This document shows positions 19,746 to 30,140 of a stretch of DNA of 64,000 bases, in pieces. The notes beneath the pieces were generated by a model. It made no database searches. It worked only from the letters and a program-made list of their open reading frames with translations, and was not told the DNA's origin. A program made the position numbers and the translations under genes. The DNA comes from a bacterium (GTDB lineage: Bacteria; UBA10199; 2-02-FULL-50-16; JAJFLM01): assembly GCA_965216315.1 (NCBI GenBank), contig CBDCFN010000016.1:736001-800000 (forward strand), read 5' to 3'. The stretch's first letter is position 1; each line of letters opens with the position of its first letter.

Positions 19746-21140
19746 ATGGGTACGGATTCCGCCATCCAATTTTTTGAACAGCATCAAGCCGAGTATCTGG
19801 AAGATCTCAAGTCATTGGTAAAAATTCCGAGTGTTTCCTTTAGTGGATTTCCGTCGGATGAGGTGCGACGCAGTGCTGAGGCGACGGCGCAATTGCTGAG
19901 CGAGCGCGGTTTTGAAAAGGTCGAGCTGTTGGAAATAGAGGGCGCGCACCCGGCGGTTTACGGCGAAGTTTGTCCTCATCCCGATGCGCCTACCTTGTTG
20001 CTTTATGCCCACCACGATGTCCAGCCTGCCGGGGATCGAACGCTGTGGAGCAGCGATCCGTTCGAACCGGTTGAACGTAACGGACGTCTCTATGCGCGTG
20101 GTGCCGCGGATGATAAGGCGGGAATTATTGTTCATACTTCGGCGGTGCACGCTTGGTTGCAGAGTAACGGTGCGTTACCGATCAACGTCAAAATTATCGT
20201 CGAAGGTGAGGAAGAGACGGGCAGCGATCATCTCCAGGATTTTCTCAAGACTTACAAGGATCAATTGAAAGCCGATGCGATTGTCTTAACGGATACGTCT
20301 AATTTTGATGCCGGAGTACCTTCTATTACGACGCTGTTGCGCGGGCTCGTTGCGGTGGATATTGAAGTCAGAGCCCTGAAGAATTCGCTTCATTCGGGGA
20401 TGTGGGGCGGTGCCGTGCCGGATGCGGCGACGGCATTGACTAAACTGTTGGGCCAACTCGTTGATGACGTCGGTCGTATTCAGATTCCCGGTATTTACGA
20501 TGACGTCAGGGTGCTAACACCGCATGAACGTGAGATGTTGGAGAAGTTGCCGGTAACGAAAGACGAGTTTCGGCAACAAGCCGGCGTATTGGATGGCGTC
20601 GACTTGTGGGGTGACGGGGCGCATCCGTATGAATTGAATTGGCATCACCCATCTCTTGCCGTCAATGCGGTGCAGGCGAGTAGTCGCGAGGATGCCCGAA
20701 ATGTTCTTTGCGGTACGGCGTGGGCGCGTGTCGGGATTCGCATTGTTCCAGACATGGATCCTCACAAGACCTTGCAACAGGTGACAGCCTTTCTTAAGGA
20801 AAATATCCCATGGGGGCTGAATATTAACATTCGACCGGAAACGGTTGCAGGTTGGTGGGAGACGGCGACCGATCATCCGGCTTTTGAGGCGGCCTTTCGG
20901 GCCCTCGAAAAAGGTTATGGCCGCGAGGCTTTGCCCATTGGTTGCGGCGGGTCGATTCCCTTTGTTGAACCTTTTTCACGCGAACTCGGTGATGTGCCCG
21001 CACTGTTAATCGGCATTGAAGATCCTTACACCAATGCTCACGCCGAGAATGAAAGCTTGAATCTGGATGACTGGGGGAAGTCGATAAGGTCGGCTATTTA
21101 TTTATACGAGGAACTAGCAAAGGTGTTGAACGGAGCATGA
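19746..21140 (+). CDS. M20 family dipeptidase
   Basis: [42 protein letters not shown]. Confidence 0.92.
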   Translation: MGTDSAIQFFEQHQAEYLEDLKSLVKIPSVSFSGFPSDEVRRSAEATAQLLSERGFEKVELLEIEGAHPAVYGEVCPHPDAPTLLLYAHHDVQPAGDRTLWSSDPFEPVERNGRLYARGAADDKAGIIVHTSAVHAWLQSNGALPINVKIIVEGEEETGSDHLQDFLKTYKDQLKADAIVLTDTSNFDAGVPSITTLLRGLVAVDIEVRALKNSLHSGMWGGAVPDAATALTKLLGQLVDDVGRIQIPGIYDDVRVLTPHEREMLEKLPVTKDEFRQQAGVLDGVDLWGDGAHPYELNWHHPSLAVNAVQASSREDARNVLCGTAWARVGIRIVPDMDPHKTLQQVTAFLKENIPWGLNINIRPETVAGWWETATDHPAFEAAFRALEKGYGREALPIGCGGSIPFVEPFSRELGDVPALLIGIEDPYTNAHAENESLNLDDWGKSIRSAIYLYEELAKVLNGA

Positions 21141-21508
21141 ATTCAGACGAACTGAAAGTTTTTTGTGACGAGTGGCTCAAGGCCTGGACGGGCAATCGCC
21201 CGGAACATCTCCTCTCGTTTTATAAGGAAGATGCGTATTACCAGGACCCGGCCCATCCGGAAGGACTCAAGGGGCATGCCGCGATAAAATCTTATTTTGA
21301 AAAGTTACTCGCGGCCAACCCGGATTGGGTGTGGACCCTGGTCGAGTTGATTCCGAATGAAAAAGGCTTTGTCTTGAAATGGCAGGCCGATATTCCCATT
21401 TTGGATGCGGCTATATTAACTTGTGGTGTCGACATCGTTGAGCTGCAAGATGGAAAAATAAGCCGCAACGAAGTTTACTTTGATCCCAGTCTCCTGAGAA
21501 AAAAGTAA
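21137..21508 (+). CDS. SnoaL-like/NTF2 family protein
   Basis: W.KAW, FY.EDA.YQDP, GVDIVEL.DGKI.RNEVYFD. Confidence 0.85.
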   Translation: MNSDELKVFCDEWLKAWTGNRPEHLLSFYKEDAYYQDPAHPEGLKGHAAIKSYFEKLLAANPDWVWTLVELIPNEKGFVLKWQADIPILDAAILTCGVDIVELQDGKISRNEVYFDPSLLRKK

Positions 21509-22746
21509 TGGAAAGACTGATTAGCGCATTGGGTTTGCTTGGACTCATTGGCTTGGCATGGCTGCTCTCGACGCAACGGCGGAAACTTCCCGTCCGCACG
21601 ATCTTAGCGGGCTTGGTCATTCAACTGCTCTTTGCCGTCTTTATCTTCTTAGTTCCCGCAGGCGAAAAGTTATTTCAGGCGCTCAATAATATCGTTGTGG
21701 TGATTATCGATGCAGGCATGGAAGGGGGGCGCTTTGTCTTTGGGTCGCTCGCGATGGGATCGGGAGAAAAAGGTTCGGTTGGCTTGATACTTGCTTTTCA
21801 AGCCTTTCCGACGATTATCTTTTTTGCGGCGTTGATGCAGGTCCTGTATTTTTTCAAGCTATTGCCGTGGCTCATTCGTTTGTTTGCCATGGTATTTCGC
21901 AAGGCAATGGGTTTATCAGGTGTCGAATCTCTGTGCGCCGCTTGCAATATCTTTGTTGGCATTGAGTCGTTGACGACTATTCGGCCTTATTTGCGACAGG
22001 CGAGTTTGTCGGAATTATGCGCGATTCTGACCGCGGGGATGGCGACAATCGCTTCGAGTATACTGGGTTTTTATGTCATTGTTTTGCGAGAGCAATTTCC
22101 ACAAATTGCGGGTCATCTGATTGCCGCTTCCGTCCTTTCGGCTCCCGCCGCCTTGGTAATGGCCAAAGTCCTCGTACCCGAACCTGACGAAGATGAAGTC
22201 GACCGAAGTGAGGCAACATTGACAATTGAGCGGGATGACGGCGTCTTTGCGGCGATCGTTAATGGGGCGATGGCAGGGGGCAAACTGGTCTTTGGTATCG
22301 TCGTGGTTTTAATCGCGATGTTGGGCCTTGTTGCCGTCCTCAATCTTGGCATTGAAGGGGTTACGGGTTGCACGCTGCAAGATCTTCTCGCATATGTCTT
22401 TTATCCCTTTGCTCTCTTGATAGGAGTTGTGCCTGCCGATGCGATGACCGTGGCGCGCTTGTTAGGGGAACGCTTGATCATGACAGAAGTAACAGCCTAT
22501 CAGAGCTTGGCGACGCTGATTCAAGACAATGGTTTTCAGTCGGTACGAAGTGTTGTGCTCGCCTCGTATGCGCTCTGCGGCTTCGCTCACGTGGCGAGCA
22601 TGGCAATCTTTACGGGCGGTTTGGCGGCCCTTGTTCCCGAGAGAACAGGGGCTATTACAAAGATAGCCCCACGGGCATTGTTGGCGGCGACGCTTGCTTG
22701 TCTGATGACCGCGGCGGTGGCGGGGCTGTTTATTCAGTCCCCATAG
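21508..22746 (+). CDS. Concentrative nucleoside transporter (NupC/CNT)
   Basis: FVFG, FQAFPTIIFF, NIFVG, GMATIA, SAPAAL, YALCGFA. Confidence 0.92.
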   Translation: MERLISALGLLGLIGLAWLLSTQRRKLPVRTILAGLVIQLLFAVFIFLVPAGEKLFQALNNIVVVIIDAGMEGGRFVFGSLAMGSGEKGSVGLILAFQAFPTIIFFAALMQVLYFFKLLPWLIRLFAMVFRKAMGLSGVESLCAACNIFVGIESLTTIRPYLRQASLSELCAILTAGMATIASSILGFYVIVLREQFPQIAGHLIAASVLSAPAALVMAKVLVPEPDEDEVDRSEATLTIERDDGVFAAIVNGAMAGGKLVFGIVVVLIAMLGLVAVLNLGIEGVTGCTLQDLLAYVFYPFALLIGVVPADAMTVARLLGERLIMTEVTAYQSLATLIQDNGFQSVRSVVLASYALCGFAHVASMAIFTGGLAALVPERTGAITKIAPRALLAATLACLMTAAVAGLFIQSP

Positions 22747-23159
22747 ACGTCGACGATCTCTCCGACGCCGCCCCCAGCGCAGTAGTCTCTATTCGTATAG
22801 CATCCGCAATCATAATACTCGGTCCCGCCGCCTCCCGTTTTACAAGTGCAAGTTTTCTGGCACTTTGGGTCGCTACAGGTCTCTGATTCAACATTCTTGC
22901 ACTTATTGGGATCTTTCTTGAATATTTTCCCGAACAGAGCGGTCGATTGAGTCCCAGTGATCACTCTTTTGTTTTGACTGATCACATCAGCGACTTCTTT
23001 AACGATTCCCGAATCGAACTGACTGAGGGTCTTTACAACTCTTGCCTTCTCTGCGGCCCTGGCGTCTTCATCTACCAGGTCTTCGGCAGCGAGTAAGGGG
23101 CTGTTGGTAAAGAGAATGATCACAGTTATCACTAGTCCGTAGCCTATAAGTCGACTCAT
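22734..23159 (-). CDS. Secreted hypothetical protein with 8-Cys C-terminal domain
   Basis: Signal peptide after ATG 23159 (GGAG RBS); Cys-rich tail. Confidence 0.6.
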   Translation of the reverse strand: MSRLIGYGLVITVIILFTNSPLLAAEDLVDEDARAAEKARVVKTLSQFDSGIVKEVADVISQNKRVITGTQSTALFGKIFKKDPNKCKNVESETCSDPKCQKTCTCKTGGGGTEYYDCGCYTNRDYCAGGGVGEIVDVYGD

Positions 23160-23192
23160 AACGGTTCTCCTTCCCGGAGATGATAACACAGC

Positions 23193-23744
23193 TCACTTCA
23201 GAAGCCATTCACGAAGAATATTTAACGGAAGGCCGATAATACTGTTGAGCTCCCCTTCGATCGCGACGGCGAACTCCTTGGCCCCGCCTTGAATGGCGTA
23301 GGCGCCTGCCTTGTCGAGGGGTTCACCGGAAGCGACATAGGTGTCGATTTCTTCTGTACTTAAAGTTCGAAAAGTCACCTTGGCTTGCTCGACATGTGAT
23401 TGGGCTGTGTTGTCGCGCGTATTGAGGAGGACGACGGCGGTGAAGATGGAATGGGTTTGGCCGGATAAAGTGCTTAACATGGCACGTGCATGCTCTGCGT
23501 CGCGCGGTTTGCCCAGCTTTGCTTGGTTAAAAGCGACAATGGTGTCACTCGCGATAATAAAGCTACCAGGGCAGGCCGCGGCAACTGATTCCGCCTTTTT
23601 TTGAGCAAAGAGGCGGGCCTCCTGCTCCGGGCTAAGGTCAGTGGGCGCTTCTTCGAAGCGAGGGGTGATGATTTCGAAAGGAATCTCAAGCTGTTGGAGC
23701 AATTCCCGGCGGCGGGGTGAGGTGGAGGCGAGGTAGAGCTTCAT
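23193..23744 (-). CDS. maf: Maf nucleoside triphosphate pyrophosphatase
   Basis: LASTSPRRRELL, SDTIV, LGKP, DKAGAYAIQG, IGLP. Confidence 0.95.
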   Translation of the reverse strand: MKLYLASTSPRRRELLQQLEIPFEIITPRFEEAPTDLSPEQEARLFAQKKAESVAAACPGSFIIASDTIVAFNQAKLGKPRDAEHARAMLSTLSGQTHSIFTAVVLLNTRDNTAQSHVEQAKVTFRTLSTEEIDTYVASGEPLDKAGAYAIQGGAKEFAVAIEGELNSIIGLPLNILREWLLK

Positions 23745-23782
23745 GCTTGAGGTGTATAAGATGTCCGTTTATAAGATCAAGT

Positions 23783-24916
23783 ATGGATGCTCCCTTTCTT
23801 GGCTTTTGGAATGACCTTCCTCGGCCCATTGTCGGTTTAGCGCCGATGGATGGGGTGACGGATAGTGTTTGTCGCGCGATCAACGTGCGCCATGGTCGCC
23901 CTGATGTCGTGTTTACCGAGTTTACCCACGCGGAAGGCCTGATTAGGGCTCCGCAACGCCTACTGCGTGATCTCGATTATGACGAAGGTCAACGTCCTAT
24001 CGTGGCGCAAATCTATGGTCATCGGCCGGAAGATTTTTATAATGCCACGCATGTCGTTTGTGAACTCGGATTTGACGGCATTGATATCAATATGGGTTGT
24101 CCGGCCCGCAAAGTAGTGAGTCGCAAGTGCGGTGCCGGGATGATTCAAGAGCCGGAACTGGCCCGCGCCGTGATTCGCGCGACGCGACAGGCGATCTTGG
24201 ATTGGCAGGGTGGGCAAACGCTATCCGATATTCACTTGCCGAATCGTTTAATTGAACAGGTGTCGAAGGCGAATGAAGTGCGCGGCACGATCAAGTCTAA
24301 GCGAAAACGTATTCCTTATTCCGTAAAGACGCGCATTGGTTATAACTCGGATATCATTGAGTCATGGGTGGAAACTCTGTTGGCCGAGCAACCGGCGGTT
24401 ATTTCGATTCACGGGCGCACGCTTAAGCAAATGTACAAAGGCGAAGCCGATTGGGATGCGATCGCGCGGGCCGCAAAAATAATTCGACCGACGGGGACGC
24501 TGGTGCTCGGCAATGGGGACATTAATACACTTGGCGAAGCAGCACGGCGAATCAGTGCCAGTCGTGTTGATGGGGTGCTATTGGGGCGAGGGACGCTGGG
24601 AAATCCATGGATCTTTAAACATGTCGAAGCCTTGAGACAGGCGCTAGAGACGGGCTTATTAAGCAATTTAGAAGAACCAATCATCTCATGTTTAGAACGT
24701 TTTCAAGTCGCGTTAGAACATACCCGTCTCCTCGAAAAACAGCGCGGCGAGCGCGCCTTTCCGGGAATCAAGCGTCATCTGAAAGGTTATCTCAATGGTT
24801 TTCGGGGGGCAGCCATCTTGCGACGCCAGGCCATGCTGTCGCGCTCTTTTGCAGAACTCGAAGCCCAGCTGGCGCCTTTTGCCGATAATCAAACTAATGT
24901 GTATCGAGCCAGTTGA
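23783..24916 (+). CDS. tRNA-dihydrouridine synthase (Dus family)
   Basis: LAPMDGVTD, GIDINMGCP, SVKTRIG, IHGRT, GNGDI, GRG.LGNPW. Confidence 0.92.
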   Translation: MDAPFLGFWNDLPRPIVGLAPMDGVTDSVCRAINVRHGRPDVVFTEFTHAEGLIRAPQRLLRDLDYDEGQRPIVAQIYGHRPEDFYNATHVVCELGFDGIDINMGCPARKVVSRKCGAGMIQEPELARAVIRATRQAILDWQGGQTLSDIHLPNRLIEQVSKANEVRGTIKSKRKRIPYSVKTRIGYNSDIIESWVETLLAEQPAVISIHGRTLKQMYKGEADWDAIARAAKIIRPTGTLVLGNGDINTLGEAARRISASRVDGVLLGRGTLGNPWIFKHVEALRQALETGLLSNLEEPIISCLERFQVALEHTRLLEKQRGERAFPGIKRHLKGYLNGFRGAAILRRQAMLSRSFAELEAQLAPFADNQTNVYRAS

Positions 24917-25376
24917 GGATGGGTTCGAGGTCTTTTTCTTCTATAGAAGTATCTAAGCCGATCAGTCTAGCCCCTTCAAGTGTTGCCAAGCAGGACATCA
25001 TCGTTTGCAAAGACTCCATTTTTTTGGCTTCCTCGGTGTAAAGGTGATCGAGGTGGGCCTTGAAGCGATAGTAATCCTGCATGCAGACGACGGCCGGGAG
25101 TCGGACGGCATCACCGATGCTCACATAGGAAGGCGCGAAGGCAAAACCGGCATGGCAAAGCACGAGTTCACGTTCGTCTTCGAAAACCAGGTTGATGTAA
25201 TCTGCTTCGCCGGTGGGGTTTGTCTTGCGTCGCCACTGGGCGACTTCGCCAAAGAGAATGATTCGATCCTTGCCCGTAGCGACTTCCTGGAGATGGACGC
25301 CGTGGGGGATTTCTTTTGATATGAAGATGCCGGAATAGTCCTGGAGCCATTGTTTGAGGGTCTGATCGAGGGTCAT
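24894..25376 (-). CDS. Hypothetical protein
   Basis: 160 aa ORF with globular composition. Confidence 0.6.
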   Translation of the reverse strand: MTLDQTLKQWLQDYSGIFISKEIPHGVHLQEVATGKDRIILFGEVAQWRRKTNPTGEADYINLVFEDERELVLCHAGFAFAPSYVSIGDAVRLPAVVCMQDYYRFKAHLDHLYTEEAKKMESLQTMMSCLATLEGARLIGLDTSIEEKDLEPILNWLDTH

Positions 25377-25574
25377 GCTCAGGCTCTATAACCCAAAATT
25401 TTGAGGTGACGCAAATCAGCTTTAATGACCCGGTAGGGGCGTCAAGAAATCCGACACTTGCCCCAATCAAAATGATAATTTGACACGGTGCACGGCAGAG
25501 GCTCGGATCCGTTTATCAAAAAAATATCGTTATAGATAAGCAGGTTATAGAGTTTTTTAGATTCCCATCAAATC

Positions 25575-25590
25575 TGGCACATTGCTTGCT
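25575..25590 (+). promoter_or_regulatory. Sigma54 promoter
   Basis: TGGCAC-ATTGC-TTGCT. Confidence 0.8.
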
Positions 25591-25668
25591 CATCTTAGGC
25601 CCGTTACGCCTCAAGGCGAAGGGTTAAAGTGAGAATCAATAATGCAACATCCCCGGGGGGACATCACA

Positions 25669-28257
25669 ATGGGAATTAAGCAATCACGTGTCAGTGCGGG
25701 TGTACGTGCACGCCGCCAATCAATTGTTAACTTATTAGGCCTTTTCTTGGTCGCCTTCTCACTTTCCATGGTGAGTCTGGGTCACCCGTCATATGCAGCA
25801 GAAGATGGCTGCAACGTTTATCTGAGCGAAACAGTGCCTGAACCTGGTGAGGATCCCATTATAAATCAGTGTATTTGTCATGGAACGGCGGGCGAGACCT
25901 GTCCGAGTGAGAGTGGTATCGAAGGCGGACATGATTGCCATCTGGCGGCATATTGTTGTGATGAGTTGAACTTTATTCCCAATACTTTCTTTCCTATTCC
26001 CGTATTCTGTAATTTTGAGGGCCAAGATGGCGCGTCTCCGCCCTATCTCGTTTGTGAAGATGCTAATCTACCGGGGGTTCAGGATACCTTCGGCCAATGT
26101 GATGGTTGTGGTGATGGGATTAAGGAAAATGAGGCGGATTGTTGTGACCCTGATGTCGATCCCGAGTGTGATGCGAGTGATTCATCGACCAACGTCTGTG
26201 AGGAATGTGATGACGGCAATAATGAAAGTGGAGACGGTTGTAGCGCCGATTGTCAATTAGAGGCCTGCCCTGATGGCAACTTAGATCCCGGCGAAGAGTG
26301 TGATGACAACAATATGACCAATGGAGATGGCTGTGATGACAGCTGCCAGACGGAATTTTGTGGCGACGGTATCGTTAACAACGTTACGGAAGACTGTGAT
26401 AACGGCCGTCAATGTGATGATGGCACTGATTGCACATTGAACGCCGATATCTGTACGATTATTGGGCAAGGAACATGTTCGACCTTCGCCGATGAGGACT
26501 GTGATGAAAACTGTTCAAGCGATCAATGTCCTGATGATCCGGACAAGACCGAGCCCGGTGAATGTGGCTGCGGCGTTGCTGAGACGGGTGATTCGGATGG
26601 CGATGGAGTCCACGATTGCAACGAGGACTGTGACGACGATCCGAACAAGACCGAGCCTGGTGAATGTGGCTGCGGCGTTGCTGAGACAGGTGATTCGGAT
26701 GGCGATGGAGTCCACGATTGCAACGAGGACTGTGACGACGATCCGAACAAGACCGAGCCTGGTGAATGTGGCTGCGGCGTTGCTGAGACGGGTGATTCGG
26801 ATGGCGATGGAGTCCACGATTGCAACGAGGACTGTGACGACGATCCGAACAAGACCGAGCCTGGTGAATGTGGCTGCGGCGTTGCTGAGACGGGTGATTC
26901 GGATGGCGATGGAGTCCACGATTGCAACGAGGACTGTGACGACGATCCGAACAAGACCGAGCCCGGAGAATGTGGCTGCGGCGTTGCTGAGACGGGTGAT
27001 TCGGATGGCGATGGAGTCCACGATTGCAACGAGGACTGTGACGACGATCCAAACAAGGTTGAACCGGGGATCTGTGGTTGCGGTGTCTCGGATGTCGACA
27101 GCGATGAAGACGGCACAGCGGACTGTAACGACGATTGTCCAGATGATCCTAATAAGGCCGAGCCCCTTGAATGTGGTTGCGGCGTAGCCGAGACCGGCGA
27201 CACCGACGGCGACGGTGTCCACGATTGCAACGAGGACTGTGACGACGACCCGAACAAGACCGAGCCCGGAGAATGTGGCTGTGGAACGGCTGACACGGAT
27301 TCAGACGAAGACGGTATTCCCGACTGCGATGACAACTGTATTGATACGCCGAACGAAGGGCAAGAGGACTTCGATCAGGATGGCGTCGGTGATGCCTGTG
27401 ATAACTGTGCTCCGGCTGTCCCGCAGGAAGAACCGGAATTTCCTCAGCAGGACGGGCCAACGTTGGCGATCACTATAGAAACGGATCCCAACTACAACCC
27501 CGATCAATTAGATGGGGACGAAGATGGCGTTGGTGATGTCTGCGACAATTGTTCGGAAGAGCCGAACGCGGAGCAGACAGACAGTGATGAAGACACAATA
27601 GGCGATGCCTGTGACAATTGCCCGAATGATACCAATCCTGAACAAGAGGACGGTGATGGTGACGGAACAGGGGATGCCTGTGACGCCTGTGTCGATGATC
27701 CGAACAAGACCGCGCCGGGAGTTTGCGGCTGTGGTGTTTCTGACGAAGACGATGCCGATGGCGACGGCGTGCCCGATTGCCGTGACCTGTGCCCCAATGA
27801 CGAAGTGAAGTCAGAGGCTGAGGGTCAATGCGGCTGTAATCGTCCCGAGTCGGATGATGACGGCGACGGCGTGCCGGACTGCGTCGACAACTGTCCTCCT
27901 TTGAGCAAATTGGACGAGTTCATCGACCTGGATCAGCACCCTGAGCTGAAAGAGGCCTTTGAGGCTGGAAAGTTAAACGATGTTGATACGAGCAATGCCG
28001 ATCAGTTGGATTCCAATGGAGACGGAATAGGTGATGCGTGTGAACCTCCGGAGGAGATAGAGATTGCTGACACCGACGAAGAGGAAGAGGAAGCGCCGGG
28101 TCAGCATGTGGGTGGCGGTTTAACCTGTCAATTAGTAGCGGATCAAGGGCCGGCGCCGCTAGGTGGGTATGGCTGGCTCCTGTTTATGCTGATTCCGCTC
28201 TTGGCATTGAGAACGCTGCGGCGGCCACTCATGGTGCGTGTCCCGCAGCGCCGCTAG
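25669..28257 (+). CDS. Cys-rich surface protein: myxobacterial Cys-rich repeats, thrombospondin type-3 repeats, MYXO-CTERM-like tail
   Basis: EECDDGN..SGDGCS.DC; D.DGDG.GDACDNC; C-terminal GGGLTCQL-TM-RR; start uncertain (25642 or 25669). Confidence 0.85.
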   Translation: MGIKQSRVSAGVRARRQSIVNLLGLFLVAFSLSMVSLGHPSYAAEDGCNVYLSETVPEPGEDPIINQCICHGTAGETCPSESGIEGGHDCHLAAYCCDELNFIPNTFFPIPVFCNFEGQDGASPPYLVCEDANLPGVQDTFGQCDGCGDGIKENEADCCDPDVDPECDASDSSTNVCEECDDGNNESGDGCSADCQLEACPDGNLDPGEECDDNNMTNGDGCDDSCQTEFCGDGIVNNVTEDCDNGRQCDDGTDCTLNADICTIIGQGTCSTFADEDCDENCSSDQCPDDPDKTEPGECGCGVAETGDSDGDGVHDCNEDCDDDPNKTEPGECGCGVAETGDSDGDGVHDCNEDCDDDPNKTEPGECGCGVAETGDSDGDGVHDCNEDCDDDPNKTEPGECGCGVAETGDSDGDGVHDCNEDCDDDPNKTEPGECGCGVAETGDSDGDGVHDCNEDCDDDPNKVEPGICGCGVSDVDSDEDGTADCNDDCPDDPNKAEPLECGCGVAETGDTDGDGVHDCNEDCDDDPNKTEPGECGCGTADTDSDEDGIPDCDDNCIDTPNEGQEDFDQDGVGDACDNCAPAVPQEEPEFPQQDGPTLAITIETDPNYNPDQLDGDEDGVGDVCDNCSEEPNAEQTDSDEDTIGDACDNCPNDTNPEQEDGDGDGTGDACDACVDDPNKTAPGVCGCGVSDEDDADGDGVPDCRDLCPNDEVKSEAEGQCGCNRPESDDDGDGVPDCVDNCPPLSKLDEFIDLDQHPELKEAFEAGKLNDVDTSNADQLDSNGDGIGDACEPPEEIEIADTDEEEEEAPGQHVGGGLTCQLVADQGPAPLGGYGWLLFMLIPLLALRTLRRPLMVRVPQRR
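26536..27045 (+). repeat. Five near-identical 102-bp (34-aa) tandem repeats
   Basis: Units start at 26536, 26638, 26740, 26842, 26944; unit DP(N/D)KTEPGECGCGVAETGDSDGDGVHDCNEDCDD. Confidence 0.95.
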
Positions 28258-28286
28258 AGGTTGTAATGAAGTAAAGTAGTTCCATG

Positions 28287-28321
28287 ACGGTCCCTCGGGT
28301 CAGTAAGTACCGAGGGACCGT
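28287..28321. terminator. Hairpin, possible terminator
   Basis: ACGGTCCCTCGG / CCGAGGGACCGT 12-bp stem; weak U-tract. Confidence 0.5.
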
Positions 28322-28496
28322 TGTGCTTTGCAGGCTGAAAGGGTGATATCGCGATGAGAACGGAGTGCCCTAAAAAAAGCCAAAATAATTATCAAAATGA
28401 TAATAATATCGTTTTGATAAAAAGCTCCTCCCTGGGGAACGTTAAAAAAATCTTTAAAATTCAATGTATTAGAGAAATTTTTTCCGCCCGCATATT

Positions 28497-28512
28497 TGGC
28501 ACACCTTTTGCT
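28497..28512 (+). promoter_or_regulatory. Sigma54 promoter
   Basis: TGGCAC-ACCTT-TTGCT; IHF-like ATTCAATGTATTA at 28459-28471. Confidence 0.8.
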
Positions 28513-28634
28513 TATTCTCTGGGAGGTATTGGGCAGAGATTCAGAGTGAGTCAGGCAAAGAGTCAACTTGGGGATCATGTCCGAAATGGGAAGAACAAAG
28601 ATTGAAGGCAAATTCTAAGGGAGGAATTGGGGTT

Positions 28635-30080
28635 ATGGACCATTCAAAATATATCAAAGGATTTATTAAGGGCGGCTCGGGCGTTGTAATAGGCCTGCTG
28701 CTGACGCTTTGTTTATCAAGTCAGGCCTTCGCGCAGACTGATGAAGTGCGCGAGGACTGTGGTTTCATTGAGATAGGCGATTTTTGTACCTACACCCAGG
28801 GGGGTTGGGGAACGGCTTGCGAGGGTGAAAATCCTGGTTGTCTACGTGACAGTGGTTTCTCAACCATGTTTGGCACGGGGGGACTTACGGTCGGTGGAAC
28901 GCACACGATCAATTTCAGTTCGTCTGCGGCCGTTCAAAACTTTCTTCCGCAGGGTGGGACAGCGGCGATGTTGACGCAGTCACATAATGATCCGAGTAGT
29001 ACTGAAGCCGGAGTTTTGGCGGGCCAGGTGACGGCATTGAAACTCAACGTCAATGCTTCGGATGCGCAAATCACGCAGCAAAATTCTACGGGAAGATTGG
29101 GAGGCTTACATATCGTAACGGGGCCTTTTGAAAATCTTTCGGTTGATGAATTGCTCGCCTTGGCAGAAGCGGTGCTTGGCGGTGATAGCTCAGCGTTGGA
29201 TAACTTCAATGCAAGTATCTCGGATCTGAATGATGCCGTGACGTCGGTGAATGAGAACTTTGTCGACTGTGAAGAAAATGGTGAGTATCTCGCTCAAAGT
29301 GATCGCGACCAGGATGGCATTTCCGATGAATGCGATAATTGTCCGGATGTTGCCAATGAAGGGCAAGCGGACAGTGATGAGGATGGAGTGGGTGATGCCT
29401 GTGATGAATGTCCGGAAGATCCTAATAAGGTATTAGAAGGATTTTGCGGTTGTGGCGAAGACGAAACGGACGAAGATGATGATGGGGCACCCGATTGCAT
29501 CGATCAATGCCCCGGTAATCCGGTCAAGCAAGTACCCGAAGTCTGTGGCTGTGATGCCGAAGATACGGATAATGAAAACGATGGCCAAGGGGACGGCGTC
29601 GCCGACTGCATCGATAACTGTCCTGATGTCGTGAATAGCGATCAAGCAGATAGTGACGAAGATAGCGTCGGTGATGCCTGTGACAATTGTCCTGATCGTG
29701 CCAACCCTGACCAGGCGGATAGTGACGAGGATGGTGTTGGTGATGCCTGCGATAACTGCCCCGCAGTCTCCAACGGAGACCAGCAGGATAGTGACGGCGA
29801 TGGGGTCGGTGATGCCTGCGACAACTGCCCGGATATCCACAATCCGAGTCAGGATATTGAGGCCTGCGAAGGCGACGAGACCGACGTGGCCGGCGGAAGC
29901 GATAATGGCAACGGTAACAAAAAAGAGGACGCCCAGGGTCAACATGTAGGTGGTGGCTTTACCTGTCAATTAGTCGCGGGCCAGGCGCCTTCACCACTCG
30001 GTGGTTATGGCTGGTTGCTCTTCATGACCGTGCCGCTGTTAGCGCTAAGAATGATGCGCCGTTCAGCGCGGGTTTCCTAG
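28635..30080 (+). CDS. Surface protein with TYTQGGWG domain, TSP3 repeats and MYXO-CTERM-like tail
   Basis: Signal peptide ending AFA; Q.DSD.DGVGDACDNCP repeats; GGGFTCQL-TM-RR; start reassigned to ATG 28635. Confidence 0.85.
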   Translation: MDHSKYIKGFIKGGSGVVIGLLLTLCLSSQAFAQTDEVREDCGFIEIGDFCTYTQGGWGTACEGENPGCLRDSGFSTMFGTGGLTVGGTHTINFSSSAAVQNFLPQGGTAAMLTQSHNDPSSTEAGVLAGQVTALKLNVNASDAQITQQNSTGRLGGLHIVTGPFENLSVDELLALAEAVLGGDSSALDNFNASISDLNDAVTSVNENFVDCEENGEYLAQSDRDQDGISDECDNCPDVANEGQADSDEDGVGDACDECPEDPNKVLEGFCGCGEDETDEDDDGAPDCIDQCPGNPVKQVPEVCGCDAEDTDNENDGQGDGVADCIDNCPDVVNSDQADSDEDSVGDACDNCPDRANPDQADSDEDGVGDACDNCPAVSNGDQQDSDGDGVGDACDNCPDIHNPSQDIEACEGDETDVAGGSDNGNGNKKEDAQGQHVGGGFTCQLVAGQAPSPLGGYGWLLFMTVPLLALRMMRRSARVS

Positions 30081-30097
30081 GAGAGTCAAGCTTGGTG

Positions 30098-30140
30098 GGG
30101 CTTCCAGGGATCAAAGCAATCCGATGATACCTGGAGGCCC
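30098..30140. terminator. Hairpin after gene, possible terminator or stabiliser
   Basis: GGGCTTCCAGG / CCTGGAGGCCC stem, no U-tract. Confidence 0.4.

Noticed and set aside
26536..27045. CRISPR array
   Set aside because: Contiguous in-frame repeats with no unique spacers; no cas genes
26459..27478. Long repetitive ORFs in alternative frames and on the minus strand
   Set aside because: Shadows of the 102-bp coding repeat in the TSP3 protein
28300..28611. Short ORFs on both strands between the two TSP3 genes
   Set aside because: AT-rich promoter region containing the sigma54 site; no protein-like features
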